64,000 nt of DNA from an uncultured Lachnospiraceae bacterium. Its GTDB lineage: Bacteria; Bacillota; Clostridia; Lachnospirales; Lachnospiraceae. This document shows positions 9,487-19,610 of the stretch, piece by piece (position 1 is the first letter of the stretch; every line of letters starts with the position of its first letter). The notes beneath the pieces are model-generated. The model was not told the origin of the DNA. It worked only from the letters and a program-made list of their open reading frames with translations, and searched no databases. The position numbers and the translations under genes are program-made. The stretch is from positions 45,253-109,252 of the forward strand of contig CAMUAR010000002.1 of the NCBI GenBank assembly GCA_947086895.1, given 5' to 3'.

Positions 9487-10428
9487 CTAGCAAATTCTCC
9501 CGCTGGCATCATACACTGCTTTGACAAAACATAATCCATTCTTTTTTGCAAGTACAACATACCGCTCAAACATCCCTCTGCCAATCATATCGCACAACAC
9601 CGGCTTTCTTTTCACCTCCTCTAAATCTGTGCCGTGAACCGTTGCAAGAAGCTTACAGCCGCAGTTCAGCGCATACCGCAGCGCATGTAAGTCTTCCTCT
9701 TTTCCAACCTCATCAACAGCAATCACCTGCGGCGTCATCGACCGCAGTAAAAATAAAAGCCCCTCCGCCTTCGGACAACAATCTAATATATCCGTTCGGA
9801 TTCCAACGTCATTTTGCGGTATTCCCTGATAACATGCCGCAATTTCCGCGCGCTCATCTACCACGCCGATTGTCTGTCCCCTGTTTGAGAGCTGTCTTAC
9901 AAGATCGCGCAGCATTGTTGTTTTTCCTGCTCCTGGCGGAGCAATAAAAAGCGTGTGACAGACTTGTCCATCCAATCCAAAAAGTTTTGGAAGCAATTGA
10001 TCTGCACAGCCTTTTACTTCGTGGGCAATTCTGATATTTAAAAAAGATATGTATTTCATACTCCGCACGCTGCCGCCGGACAGTACGGTTCGTCCGCACA
10101 CGCCGACCCGATGCCCTCCCGCAATTGTGATGTAACCCTGCTTTACTTCCTCCTCAAACGCATAGAGAGAATAATTGCTGATATATTCCATTGTTTCATG
10201 CAGTTCCTGTACTCCGACAATATAACCCAAAGCCTGATTTTTTGTAAACTGCCCGTCTTTTGTCAAAAAAGTTTCTCCTCTCGCCAAATTTAAAATCATC
10301 GGCTGACAAGCTCTCAGGCGGATTTCCATCAGATCAGAAAAATCAAACTTCGCCTTTGACAAGACCGTTTTTATTTTGCCTGCCACCACTCTTGTCACCG
10401 CTTCCATAGCTCCTTCTTTTCCTTCCAT
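9487..10428 (-). CDS. spoIIIAA: Stage III sporulation protein AA (secretion-type ATPase)
   Basis: Walker A motif APPGAGKTT. First gene of the eight-gene string. Confidence 0.9.
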   Translation of the reverse strand: MEGKEGAMEAVTRVVAGKIKTVLSKAKFDFSDLMEIRLRACQPMILNLARGETFLTKDGQFTKNQALGYIVGVQELHETMEYISNYSLYAFEEEVKQGYITIAGGHRVGVCGRTVLSGGSVRSMKYISFLNIRIAHEVKGCADQLLPKLFGLDGQVCHTLFIAPPGAGKTTMLRDLVRQLSNRGQTIGVVDERAEIAACYQGIPQNDVGIRTDILDCCPKAEGLLFLLRSMTPQVIAVDEVGKEEDLHALRYALNCGCKLLATVHGTDLEEVKRKPVLCDMIGRGMFERYVVLAKKNGLCFVKAVYDASGRIC

Positions 10429-10661
10429 TCAATCCCCCTTCTTTTCTATACAAACATTCGTCAAATTCGTTACTGCAGCGCACAGATACTTTCTAAACAT
10501 ACAGCTTTCTTCAATATATGCCTGTCCCGCGGGATTATTCATCTTTTCTTCTTTCTTTAGTTATACAGCCGAACCTATTGTTTTCGCTTGCCGTTTTTCG
10601 CACTTTATGATAAACTGATACAAAAAAAGACTGCGTTTCATCGCATTAGAATGGAGTTTTT

Positions 10662-11429
10662 ATGCAGTATGGACTAATCGGGGAAACCCTTGGACACAGT
10701 TACTCAAAACAAATTCACGCTCAGCTTGCAGATTATGTCTATGAGCTGCACCCGCTCTCCCGCGAAGAATTTCCACATTTTATGGAAGCGCGGGATTTTA
10801 CCGCAATCAATGTGACAATCCCCTACAAGCAGGCGGTGATTCCTTATCTTGATTCTATTGACCCGCTGGCAGAGCGCATCGGCGCGGTCAATACAATTGT
10901 AAACCGCCTTGGCAAACTGACCGGTTACAATACCGATTACTTTGGCTTTCTTGGTCTGCTTCGCCAATATCATATTGATGTTCGCAGCAAAAAAATTTTG
11001 GTTCTTGGAAATGGCGGCGCTGCGCAGCCAGTGTTTACCGCATTATCTGAACTTGGCGCCGGTGAAGTTATCACCGTAAAATATAAAGAAGAGCCTGGCG
11101 TTATCACTTATAAAACTGCTGCCATGCTCCATTCGAATGCAGATATTATTATAAATACAAGTCCGGTTGGCATGTATCCAAACACGGACGCTACTCCGAT
11201 TGATTTATCTTTATACCATAATCTATCCGCCGCAGTTGATATTATTGCCAACCCGCTCGAAACCCGCTTTCTGCGCGAGGCGGCAAATCTTGGCGCACGC
11301 ACTGCGGGAGGGCTTTATATGCTTGTCGCACAGGCAAAGTATGCGGTGGAATATTTTCTTGATCAGAAAATCTCCGACGAAAAAATTCTGCCAATCAGTG
11401 AACAGATTGCCGCATTGATGGAACAGTAA
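10662..11429 (+). CDS. aroE: Shikimate dehydrogenase
   Basis: Motifs NVTIPYK, GAVNT, GYNTD and GNGGAA are visible in the translation. Confidence 0.85.
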   Translation: MQYGLIGETLGHSYSKQIHAQLADYVYELHPLSREEFPHFMEARDFTAINVTIPYKQAVIPYLDSIDPLAERIGAVNTIVNRLGKLTGYNTDYFGFLGLLRQYHIDVRSKKILVLGNGGAAQPVFTALSELGAGEVITVKYKEEPGVITYKTAAMLHSNADIIINTSPVGMYPNTDATPIDLSLYHNLSAAVDIIANPLETRFLREAANLGARTAGGLYMLVAQAKYAVEYFLDQKISDEKILPISEQIAALMEQ

Positions 11430-11562
11430 ACAGAACCTTCTCAAAAGTACGGCATCTTTCTTGTATGTTGTGAGAACTTTTCTGGCAGGTTCTGTGCAAT
11501 CAAGCTCCCGCGCCGGACACCCGTCAGCTTCTGCTGACAAATTTCACTCAGGTACCCGTGTG

Positions 11563-11598
11563 AAAAAAAAACAGGGGAATGTGCATTGTACATTCCCC
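11563..11598 (-). terminator. Rho-independent terminator of the PepSY lipoprotein gene
   Basis: Stem GGGGAATGT (11574..11582) pairs with ACATTCCCC (11590..11598), followed on the minus strand by a T9 run (the plus-strand A-run 11563..11571). Confidence 0.75.
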
Positions 11599-11605
11599 CG
11601 CAAAA

Positions 11606-13228
11606 TCAGTCGTCGATCTCTTTCTTTAAAATCTTTCCATTTGACGCGGCGATTTCATACTCATACTCCAAACGCCCCGCCTTAAATTCAATCTGGTAAA
11701 TCCATATTCCATCATCAAAGTCGCGCTCTACTTCAAGTTTTCTTATATCGCTCTCGGCAACGCCCGCGTCCTTTCTTGCAATCTCCAGCGCCTCGTCCTG
11801 CGTAATTTCCCCTGACTGCTCCGGCTCCTGCCAATGATCCAGCAATTTGATATCTTTCTCCAAAACCGCACCGTCCGCCGCGGCAATCTTATAATCATAC
11901 TCTTTTCCCGCCGCATCAAACTCGATATCATACTCCCAGCGACCATCGTCTTTTTCAAGCTTTACAGATAAGTTTGTAATATCTTTCTCAGAAACGCCCG
12001 CGTCTTTTCTTGCCGCTGCCACCGCCGCGTCCTGCGTAATCTTACCGGTTTCTGGTGTTATTATAGTCTGCCAGCTGTCCAGCAAATCGATATCTTTTTC
12101 CAAAATAGTTCCGTTTTCTGCCAGTATTTTATACTCGTACTCTTTTTCACCTGCGTCAAACTCAATATTATACTCCCAGCGACCATCGTCTTTTTCGAGT
12201 TTTACAGATAAATTTGTAATATCTTTCTCGGCAGCACCCGCATCGTTTCTCGCAATTTTTAACGCTTCTTCCTTTGAGATCCCGTTTGTTATTTCTGGAA
12301 GTTCCTGCTTATTGTTTAACATATCGGTATCTTTTTCTATAATTGTGCCGTCGGATGCCAAAATCTTATACTCATACTCTATCTTATCTGTATCAAACTC
12401 AACCTCATACTCCCAACGGCCGTTTTCGAAATCCATCCGCACTTTCAGGTTTATAATCTTATCGTTTGCAACATCAGCATCCTTTTTCGCAATTTCGATC
12501 GCCTGCTCTTTTGTAATTTCCTTGGCTGTCTGAGAACCTGGCGTCGGCGTCGCTTCTATATAATCGTTGTGATCAATCTCTCTTTTTAAAATCGCTCCAT
12601 CGGACACTGCAATCTTATATTCATATTCTTTATCTTCGGTGTCAAATTCCACATCATAAACTTCTATACCATTCTCATAATCCAAATGAACCTTTAAATG
12701 AAGCATACTGTCTGTGGAAACTTTTGCGTCCTTCCTTGCAATTTCCACGGCTTTATCCTTGGTAATCTCATTGTTTGCCTGCGGTTTCTTTGTCGGAACA
12801 TTCTCGTCCTCAGGAGCTTTGGTAATTTCTGGAACCTCTGTCGCCTTCGGCTGTTCTACTGCCTTAATCCCCTTTTCTAAAATCTCTCCGTCCTCTTTTG
12901 CAATCTTATACTCGTAAGCTTTGTTTCCTGCAATAAATACAACCTCATATTCACCGCCGTCCTTGTCTCTTTCCAAACGCACTCTCAAATTTTGTACATC
13001 ATCTTCGGAAACTTTCGCATCGTTCCATGCAATCTCAGTCGCCTGATCCATAGAAATCGAAGCGGCTTTTGGAACCGGAGTATTGGAAGGTGCCAAATCT
13101 CCTACCGCAGCTGCACTGCCAGAGGGATTTGTGTCCATTTCCCGCATATCTTCATCGCGCGATCCACACCCTGCGGACACAGCCATAATCGTGAATGCTA
13201 AAGCAGATAAAAAAATCTTTTTTCTCAT
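11606..13228 (-). CDS. Lipoprotein with six tandem PepSY-like modules
   Basis: Start taken at ATG 13228 (GGGAGG RBS). Lipobox SAGC. Six modules of about 80 aa, each of the form I(T/S)x(D/E)xAxxIAxxDAxV...L.V.L...G.WEY.(I/V)EFD...EYEYKI....G.I(L/I)EK. Confidence 0.8.
   Translation of the reverse strand: MRKKIFLSALAFTIMAVSAGCGSRDEDMREMDTNPSGSAAAVGDLAPSNTPVPKAASISMDQATEIAWNDAKVSEDDVQNLRVRLERDKDGGEYEVVFIAGNKAYEYKIAKEDGEILEKGIKAVEQPKATEVPEITKAPEDENVPTKKPQANNEITKDKAVEIARKDAKVSTDSMLHLKVHLDYENGIEVYDVEFDTEDKEYEYKIAVSDGAILKREIDHNDYIEATPTPGSQTAKEITKEQAIEIAKKDADVANDKIINLKVRMDFENGRWEYEVEFDTDKIEYEYKILASDGTIIEKDTDMLNNKQELPEITNGISKEEALKIARNDAGAAEKDITNLSVKLEKDDGRWEYNIEFDAGEKEYEYKILAENGTILEKDIDLLDSWQTIITPETGKITQDAAVAAARKDAGVSEKDITNLSVKLEKDDGRWEYDIEFDAAGKEYDYKIAAADGAVLEKDIKLLDHWQEPEQSGEITQDEALEIARKDAGVAESDIRKLEVERDFDDGIWIYQIEFKAGRLEYEYEIAASNGKILKKEIDD
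11690..13010 (-). repeat. Intragenic tandem repeat, period about 237-240 bp (PepSY modules). Units around 11850..12330 are nearly identical
   Basis: TACTCCCAGCGACCATCGTCTTTTTC recurs at 11931 and 12171, exactly 240 bp apart. A diverged copy lies near 12408. Outer boundaries are approximate. Confidence 0.7.
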
Positions 13229-13435
13229 AAAATCCTCCCTTCTGAGTTTCATACACAAGTAATACTATTTTGCACTGTGTACAAAATACAAAAAATTTAG
13301 GCTCCTAAATATTTTATGCAAATATCCTGCATTGTACCGCAGCCAATATTTTTAAAATTATTATAAAGTAAACTCGATATAATTTCAAGAAACAAAAAAA
13401 TGAAAATTAAAAATTTCTATCCAGAATTTGTAATA

Positions 13436-14281
13436 TTACACAGTATTTTTATACAGATCATCCTCCGGCGGCAGAACTTTATATGCACAAGCCAAACACT
13501 TTCGGTATTCCATCGGCGTCATGCCAATGACATCTACAAATACACGATTAAAACTTCTTTGGCTGTTAAACCCCGCCTCCGCCCACAAATCTGTAAGAGA
13601 AGAAGTCGTTGTTTTCATCAGTTGTATCACATATTCCAACCGAATACGATTTAAATACTGCCGGAAATTTATTTTTAACCGGTTCGAAAAAATATGCGAA
13701 ATATAATACTTGCTAATATGCAGCTTGCGCGCAAGAATCTCCAGTGTTAAAGGTTCCTGAAAATGCGCCATAATATACTGCAGCAGCCTGCAAACCAATT
13801 CCTCCCCTTCCGACTGGTTTCGCTTTTCTAACATAAGCAGCGGAAAGATTGCCGCAAACAGCACTTGAACCCATGCAGAACAAACCGCAAAATCATTTGG
13901 TTCCAAACGATTACAAGCAAGCTTACACAACCGCTTGATCGCGAGCATCGCGTCTTCTGGAAGATTTTTTGATAAGATAAAAGGGCATGATGGCACATAA
14001 GTTCTTATAGAGTTTAGATAACTTCCCGCGAGGGAATAATCCAAAAGAAACAAGCGCGTCAAATTTTCTTCCATCGATTGGTAACTATGTACCTGCTGCG
14101 GAAAAATCACCACGCAGTCCCCCTCTGTAAGTTCCCATGGTCTTCCCATAATCCTCACAGTCAGTTTTCCTTTGCATACAAATGTAATTTCGATATGGCT
14201 GTGTAAGTGTTCTGGAAATTCCAGATTCTTTGATTCAAAAACATCAAAAATATTGTTTTGGCTTTCATAAAATGGATTCAT
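13436..14281 (-). CDS. AraC family transcriptional regulator (cupin N-domain plus HTH)
   Basis: C-terminal AraC HTH (...LARKLHISKYYISHIFS...GFNSQRSFNRVF...). Divergent from the ThuA/oxidoreductase genes. Confidence 0.85.
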   Translation of the reverse strand: MNPFYESQNNIFDVFESKNLEFPEHLHSHIEITFVCKGKLTVRIMGRPWELTEGDCVVIFPQQVHSYQSMEENLTRLFLLDYSLAGSYLNSIRTYVPSCPFILSKNLPEDAMLAIKRLCKLACNRLEPNDFAVCSAWVQVLFAAIFPLLMLEKRNQSEGEELVCRLLQYIMAHFQEPLTLEILARKLHISKYYISHIFSNRLKINFRQYLNRIRLEYVIQLMKTTTSSLTDLWAEAGFNSQRSFNRVFVDVIGMTPMEYRKCLACAYKVLPPEDDLYKNTV

Positions 14282-14492
14282 ATAAAACCCCTTTTTCTGA
14301 CTTTTCCCACAAAAACCCTGTGTGTTTTCTTCCGCTGATTTATAACAACTTTTGGCTACAAGTTCTTTTCATTTGGCTATCATTATAATGCCGCAGATAT
14401 TATAATGTAAATACCAAGAAGTGAACTATATGGTATTCTTTTCACTTTTGTTTCGGCACGAAACTTATGGTTAAAAAAAATCAGGAGGTATT

Positions 14493-15215
14493 GTGATGAA
14501 GGTATTGATTTTTCAGGGCGGCTGGGATGGACATGAACCGGCACTAGTGGCAAAAAGGTTTGCGAAAATTATGGAAAAACATGGATATTCGTGTGAAATT
14601 CATTCGGATCAGGAAGCGCTTTTGGACCAGGAGTATGTTATGCAGCAAGATTTAATTATCCCTTGCTGGACGATGGGGAGCATCCAGGAAAAAGCCAGAG
14701 AAAATATTGTAAAAGCGGTCGCTTTCGGCTGCGGTCTTGCCGGGTGTCACGGCGGCATGTGCGATGCTTTCCGCAATGATACCGAATGGCAGTTTATGAC
14801 CGGCGGTCAGTGGGTCAGTCATCCGGGCGGCGACGGCGTGCGCTATCAGGTGAATATTTGCCATGGTTCCAGCCCGATTGTGGAAGGTATCGAAGATTTT
14901 GAAGTTTGCAGTGAACAGTACTATCTGCATGTAGACCCAGCTGTGGAGGTATTGGCAACTACCCGTTTTCCTGTTGTTTCCTATTATCATACATCAAACA
15001 AGCAGGTGGATATGCCTGTGGCGTGGACAAAATTTTGGGGCAATGGCAGAGTGTTTTACAACTCTCTCGGTCATCATGACGATGTATTTGAAAAATTCCC
15101 GCAGGCTCAAACTTTGATGGAACGCGGAATGCTCTGGGCAGCGCAGGGCAGACAGTATGCTCTGGAACACAGTCTTACCACAGAGCGATTTGAAAACTCC
15201 GCTAAAATGTATTGA
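14493..15215 (+). CDS. ThuA domain-containing protein (trehalose-utilisation-like)
   Basis: MKVLIFQGGWDGHEP... N-terminus and overall length fit the ThuA family. GGAGG RBS. The ATG at 14496 is the likelier start. Confidence 0.65.
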   Translation: MMKVLIFQGGWDGHEPALVAKRFAKIMEKHGYSCEIHSDQEALLDQEYVMQQDLIIPCWTMGSIQEKARENIVKAVAFGCGLAGCHGGMCDAFRNDTEWQFMTGGQWVSHPGGDGVRYQVNICHGSSPIVEGIEDFEVCSEQYYLHVDPAVEVLATTRFPVVSYYHTSNKQVDMPVAWTKFWGNGRVFYNSLGHHDDVFEKFPQAQTLMERGMLWAAQGRQYALEHSLTTERFENSAKMY

Positions 15216-15310
15216 TTTTTCAAATACAGAAATCTTTTTAAAAAGCAGGTAAAATATACTTTACCAAAAGTTTATTGTAGTGATTGAACGCAAAATGAGA
15301 GGGAACATAA

Positions 15311-16417
15311 ATGAAAAAAGTAAAAATTGGCATATTAGGTTTGGGTGCAATCAGTGGAATTTATCTAAAAAATTTAACAAAACTATTTCGTGATGTAGAA
15401 GTCGCAGGTATTTATGATCTGGTCTCCGAAAAAATTTCAGCGGCAAAATCCGAGTATGGAATCGCAAAAGGTTATTCTTCTATGGAAGAACTTTTGCAGG
15501 ATCCGGAAATTGATATTGTCTTAAACCTCACCAGGCCTTTTGAGCATTATGAAACAACAAAAGCTGCACTTTTCGCTGGAAAGCATGTTTACAGCGAAAA
15601 ACCTCTGGCGGCTTGTCTGGAGGAGGGAAAAGAACTTGTAGCTCTGGCTTTAGAAAAAGGGCTGCTGCTCGGCGGCGCGCCGGACACTTTTCTTGGAGCT
15701 GGAATTCAGACTTGCCGCAAGCTGATTGACGATGGCTTTATCGGACGTCCTATCGGAGCTGCTGCCCGAATGATCTGCCACGGTCACGAGAGCTGGCATC
15801 CGGCGCCGGAATTTTACTATCAGTACGGCGGTGGTCCAATGATGGATATGGGACCTTATTACCTGACTGCGCTTGTAAATCTTTTAGGCCGGGTGGAAGG
15901 TTTAACCGGTATCACTACAAAAAGTTTTGATACCCGCACAATCACAAGCAGCCCGCATTATGGTCAGACAGTAAATGTCGATGTGCCGACCCATATAAAC
16001 GGTATTATGCAGTTTGCCAGTGGAGCGGTTGCCACAATTACAACTACTTTTGATGTTTATTATGACAACTCGGCAACTCTTGAAATCTACGGTACAAAAG
16101 GAACTCTTCGCGTTCCTGACCCAAATTGTTTTGGCGGTCCTGTTATGCTTCTTCGCCCGGAAGACGGGACATTCCGCGAGATCCCTCTTCTTTTCCACTA
16201 CAGCGACAACAGCCGCGGGCTTGGACTGGCGGATATGGCAAAAGCTCTGCAAGATCACAGGGCAATGCGGGCGGGCTGTGAGCAGACGCTCCATGTGCTG
16301 GAGATTATGACAGCCTTTGAAAAGAGCAGCCAGGAAGGTAAATTTATCACTCTAGAAAGCAGCTATGAACGGCAAAACGCTATGTCTAACGACAGCGTTC
16401 CTGGTATTCTCGACTAG
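15311..16417 (+). CDS. Gfo/Idh/MocA family oxidoreductase
   Basis: N-terminal Rossmann motif KIGILGLGAISG and EKP motif (YSEKPLA). Confidence 0.85.
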   Translation: MKKVKIGILGLGAISGIYLKNLTKLFRDVEVAGIYDLVSEKISAAKSEYGIAKGYSSMEELLQDPEIDIVLNLTRPFEHYETTKAALFAGKHVYSEKPLAACLEEGKELVALALEKGLLLGGAPDTFLGAGIQTCRKLIDDGFIGRPIGAAARMICHGHESWHPAPEFYYQYGGGPMMDMGPYYLTALVNLLGRVEGLTGITTKSFDTRTITSSPHYGQTVNVDVPTHINGIMQFASGAVATITTTFDVYYDNSATLEIYGTKGTLRVPDPNCFGGPVMLLRPEDGTFREIPLLFHYSDNSRGLGLADMAKALQDHRAMRAGCEQTLHVLEIMTAFEKSSQEGKFITLESSYERQNAMSNDSVPGILD

Positions 16418-16456
16418 ACTTATATCGTTTTTTATCGTTGTTTGTCCTTAAAACAG

Positions 16457-16485
16457 TTGCAATTTATTATCGCTTCTGATATCAT
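16457..16485 (+). promoter_or_regulatory. Candidate sigma-A promoter (TTGCAA - 17 nt - TATCAT) for the DUF1292 gene
   Basis: Hexamers at 16457..16462 and 16480..16485 with 17-nt spacing. Confidence 0.4.
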
Positions 16486-16548
16486 TGGAGATATCCAATT
16501 ACAAGGGGAGGATGCCTGTGGCATCAATAATAATTAGGAGGCTTTTTT

Positions 16549-16851
16549 ATGAACAACGATTTTGAAAATGAGGAAAATGATACCATTACCATTACCTTGG
16601 AGGACGATACGGAGCTTGTCTGTGATGTTATCACAATCTTTCCATGCCAAGGCAAAAATTATATCGCACTTCTCCCGCAAAATGCCGGCGAAGAAGGCGA
16701 GGTCTTTTTGTATGAATTTATCAACAAAGGCAACGACGATATTGATTTGGTCAATATTGAGGACGACGATGAATTTGACGCCGTTTCGGACGCTTTTGAC
16801 GAATGGCTGGACACTGCCGAATTTGACGATATATTTGACGGCGAAGAATAG
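16549..16851 (+). CDS. DUF1292 domain-containing protein
   Basis: Small acidic protein with the typical ITL.DD.G.E..C.V...F...GK.YIALLP pattern. AGGAGG RBS. Confidence 0.75.
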   Translation: MNNDFENEENDTITITLEDDTELVCDVITIFPCQGKNYIALLPQNAGEEGEVFLYEFINKGNDDIDLVNIEDDDEFDAVSDAFDEWLDTAEFDDIFDGEE

Positions 16852-16904
16852 GCTTTCCAAATTTGTTTTTTCTTTAAATTAAGGAAGCTTCAATGTGCTT
16901 TTCA

Positions 16905-16957
16905 AAATCCATCTTCTTATTCTTTGAACATTCAAAGAAAAGAAGATGGATTTTTTA
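16905..16957 (+). terminator. Rho-independent terminator after the DUF1292 gene
   Basis: Stem AAATCCATCTTCTT pairs with AAGAAGATGGATTT, followed by TTTT. Confidence 0.7.
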
Positions 16958-17092
16958 TTTCACCTGCAAAAAATTCTTTCTTAAATTTTATATTTTGTAT
17001 ATTATTTTCCAATAATTTAAACTTTGCATACAATAGTGTTGTAATTTTAACGAATTTCTTCCTGTTTTGCGTATTAAATTTGTTGAAATTAC

Positions 17093-17121
17093 TTGAATTC
17101 GTCATTTTTCTATGATATCAT
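17093..17121 (+). promoter_or_regulatory. Candidate sigma-A promoter (TTGAAT - 17 nt - TATCAT) for the hydrogenase operon
   Basis: Hexamers at 17093..17098 and 17116..17121. Leaves a leader of about 105 nt before the ATG at 17227. Confidence 0.4.
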
Positions 17122-17226
17122 AATACTGATATTGCCCCGAACGCTGGTTGAGCAATCCGACAAATCACAGGCTGTTTGCGATTTGCGGCACGGGGGACAA
17201 AGATACAAATTTAGAAAGGAGCACCT

Positions 17227-17709
17227 ATGCTGGGACAAGAAGAAAAACAAAAAATCGATCGCATCCTGCAGGCTCATGATTACAACAAATCTCAGGTGAT
17301 CGCAATTATGCAGGAGGTACAAAAAGAGTACCGCTATCTGCCGGAAGAAGTCCTAAGCTATGTCGCGCAAGAACTCGGTATCAGCGAAGCAAAAATTTAT
17401 GGCGTGGCAACCTTCTATGAAAATTTTTCCCTTGAAGCAAAGGGTCGATTTGTAATTAAAGTATGTGATGGAACTGCTTGCCATGTGCGCAAATCCATCC
17501 CGATCCTTGAGGAATTCCGCAAGGTCTTAAATGTCACAGAAAAAAATCCTACAACCGAAGATATGATGTTCACCGTTGAAACGGTTTCCTGTCTCGGCGC
17601 ATGCGGACTCGCACCTGTCTGCACCGTAAACGATGTCGTTCACCCTGCTATGACGCCGGAAAAGGTGGATGTACTGATCAGCGAATTAAAGGAGGGCAAA
17701 GTACATTGA
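17227..17709 (+). CDS. hydC: NuoE-like [2Fe-2S] subunit of an NAD(P)H-dependent [FeFe] hydrogenase (HydC/HndA type)
   Basis: Thioredoxin-like 2Fe-2S cysteine pattern: CDGTACHV ... VSCLGACGLAP. Confidence 0.85.
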   Translation: MLGQEEKQKIDRILQAHDYNKSQVIAIMQEVQKEYRYLPEEVLSYVAQELGISEAKIYGVATFYENFSLEAKGRFVIKVCDGTACHVRKSIPILEEFRKVLNVTEKNPTTEDMMFTVETVSCLGACGLAPVCTVNDVVHPAMTPEKVDVLISELKEGKVH

Positions 17710-19580
17710 GAATCAATACACGGGAAGAATTAGAAAAAATGCGCTCGGACTGCCGGCATGTTCTTGACTGCCAGGCAAAACAGATCCTGGTCTGTGCTGG
17801 AACCGGCTGTGTTGCAGGCGGCTCTCTGCAAATATACGCCCGCCTGAAAGAAATTGTCGAAGAGCGCGGGCTTGTCTGTTCTGTTTCTCTTTTGGAAGAA
17901 CCTCACGATCACTCGATCGGCATAAAGAAAAGCGGCTGCCATGGCTTTTGTGAAATGGGTCCTCTCGTTCGAATCGAGCCGATGGGTTGGCTGTATGTCA
18001 AAGTCCGTATGGAGGACTGTGAGGAAATCGTCAATACAACAATTATCAGCGGTCAGGTGATCGACCGGCTTGTATACAAAGATAAAGAAACCGGAAAGCC
18101 TTATGTAAAACAGGAAGAAATTCCATTCTATGCAAAACAGACGCGCGTTGCTCTGGAATTCTGTGGGCATATCAACGCCGAATCCATTATGGAATACATA
18201 GCTGTCGGCGGCTATTCCGCCGTCGCAAAAGCACTGTTTGATATGACGCAGGAACAGATTGTGGACGAAATCACAAAATCAGATCTGCGCGGGCGCGGGG
18301 GCGGCGGTTTCCCAACCGGGCGGAAGTGGAGTCAGGTACTCCGCCAAAAATCGGATATTAAATATGTTGTCTGCAATGGCGACGAAGGCGACCCAGGCGC
18401 ATTTATGGACCGCTCGATGATGGAGGGCGAACCGCACCGCATGATCGAAGGAATGATGATTGCAGGTATTGCGACAGGCGCCCGCTTCGGCTATATCTAT
18501 GTGCGCGCAGAGTACCCTCTTGCCGTCGCAAGATTACAGTTTGCCATTGAGCAGGCAGAGGAGCTTGGTCTTCTTGGAAAAAATATTATGGGTTCGGGAT
18601 TTGACTTTGAGCTGCATATCAGCCAGGGCGCAGGCGCGTTTGTCTGCGGCGAAGGTTCCGCCCTTACCACATCCATTGAAGGCAACCGCGGTATGCCGAG
18701 AGTAAAACCGCCGCGCACCGTGGAAAAAGGACTTTTTGAGCAGCCGACCGTATTAAACAATGTCGAGACATTCTGCAATGTTCCTTCGATTATTCTAAAC
18801 GGCGCTGAATGGTACTGCACTTATGGTCCTGAGAAAAATCATGGCACAAAAGCGTTTGCATTAACCGGCAACGTCAACAATACCGGTCTGATCGAAGTTC
18901 CGATGGGAACAACGCTGCGCGAGGTAATCTTTGATATCGGAGGAGGCGTTAAAGGCGGTGAATTTAAGGCGGTTCAAATCGGCGGTCCGTCCGGCGGATG
19001 CCTTACAAAAGAACACTTAGACCTTCCTCTCGACTTCGACTCATTAAAAAAAGCTGGCGCGATGATTGGCTCCGGCGGTCTTGTTGTTATGAACGATAAG
19101 AGCTGCATGGTTGAGGTGGCCAGATTCTTTATGAATTTTACACAGAACGAATCGTGCGGAAAATGTGTTCCTTGCCGTGAAGGTACGAAACGTATGCTTG
19201 AACTTTTAACGGATATTGTGGAAGGACGCGGTACTTTAGAACATATTGACCTGCTTGAAGAGCTTGCAAATACAATCTCTGAAACTGCGCTGTGCGGTCT
19301 TGGAAAAACAGCAGCCTCCCCGGTAGTCAGCACATTAAAATATTTCCGCGATGAATATATCGCACATGTTGTAGACAAAAAATGTCCTGCTGGTCAGTGC
19401 AAAGCTTTTATCACGCTGTCCATTGACCCGGCTCTGTGCAAAGGATGTACAAAATGTGCAAGGCTGTGTCCGGTCGGCGCAATTTCCGGCACAATCAAAG
19501 AAGCGCACAAAATTGACCCTGCAAAGTGTATTAAATGCGGCGCATGTAAAGCTGGATGCCCATTCAAAGCGATCTCTTAA
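17706..19580 (+). CDS. hydB: NuoF-like flavoprotein subunit of the [FeFe] hydrogenase (HydB/HndC type)
   Basis: GRGGGGFPTGRKW (FMN/NADH site), ESCGKCVPCREG (N3 cluster) and two C-terminal CxxCxxCxxxCP ferredoxin motifs. Start taken at TTG 17706, which overlaps the hydC stop and has GGAGG 10 nt upstream. The track ORF start at 17601 overlaps hydC. Confidence 0.85.
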   Translation: MRINTREELEKMRSDCRHVLDCQAKQILVCAGTGCVAGGSLQIYARLKEIVEERGLVCSVSLLEEPHDHSIGIKKSGCHGFCEMGPLVRIEPMGWLYVKVRMEDCEEIVNTTIISGQVIDRLVYKDKETGKPYVKQEEIPFYAKQTRVALEFCGHINAESIMEYIAVGGYSAVAKALFDMTQEQIVDEITKSDLRGRGGGGFPTGRKWSQVLRQKSDIKYVVCNGDEGDPGAFMDRSMMEGEPHRMIEGMMIAGIATGARFGYIYVRAEYPLAVARLQFAIEQAEELGLLGKNIMGSGFDFELHISQGAGAFVCGEGSALTTSIEGNRGMPRVKPPRTVEKGLFEQPTVLNNVETFCNVPSIILNGAEWYCTYGPEKNHGTKAFALTGNVNNTGLIEVPMGTTLREVIFDIGGGVKGGEFKAVQIGGPSGGCLTKEHLDLPLDFDSLKKAGAMIGSGGLVVMNDKSCMVEVARFFMNFTQNESCGKCVPCREGTKRMLELLTDIVEGRGTLEHIDLLEELANTISETALCGLGKTAASPVVSTLKYFRDEYIAHVVDKKCPAGQCKAFITLSIDPALCKGCTKCARLCPVGAISGTIKEAHKIDPAKCIKCGACKAGCPFKAIS

Positions 19581-19610
19581 CGTACCAATATCACAGAAAG
19601 GAAAAAAACG

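Noticed and set aside
10429-10560. Sigma-E type promoter for spoIIIAA
   Set aside because: A CATATATT-like -35 candidate is present (minus strand, about 10512..10519), but I could not find a convincing CATACA-T -10 at correct spacing. It is left uncalled.
17060-17100. Possible Rex operator (TTGTTGAAATTACTTGAATTC) upstream of the hydrogenase operon
   Set aside because: The right half is not the reverse complement of the left, so it does not fit the TTGTGAA-N4-TTCACAA palindrome.
17601-17705. Upstream extension of the NuoF-like ORF overlapping hydC by about 100 nt
   Set aside because: The extension is out of frame with, and lies inside, the well-supported hydC. TTG 17706, with GGAGG upstream and stop/start overlap, is the sensible start.
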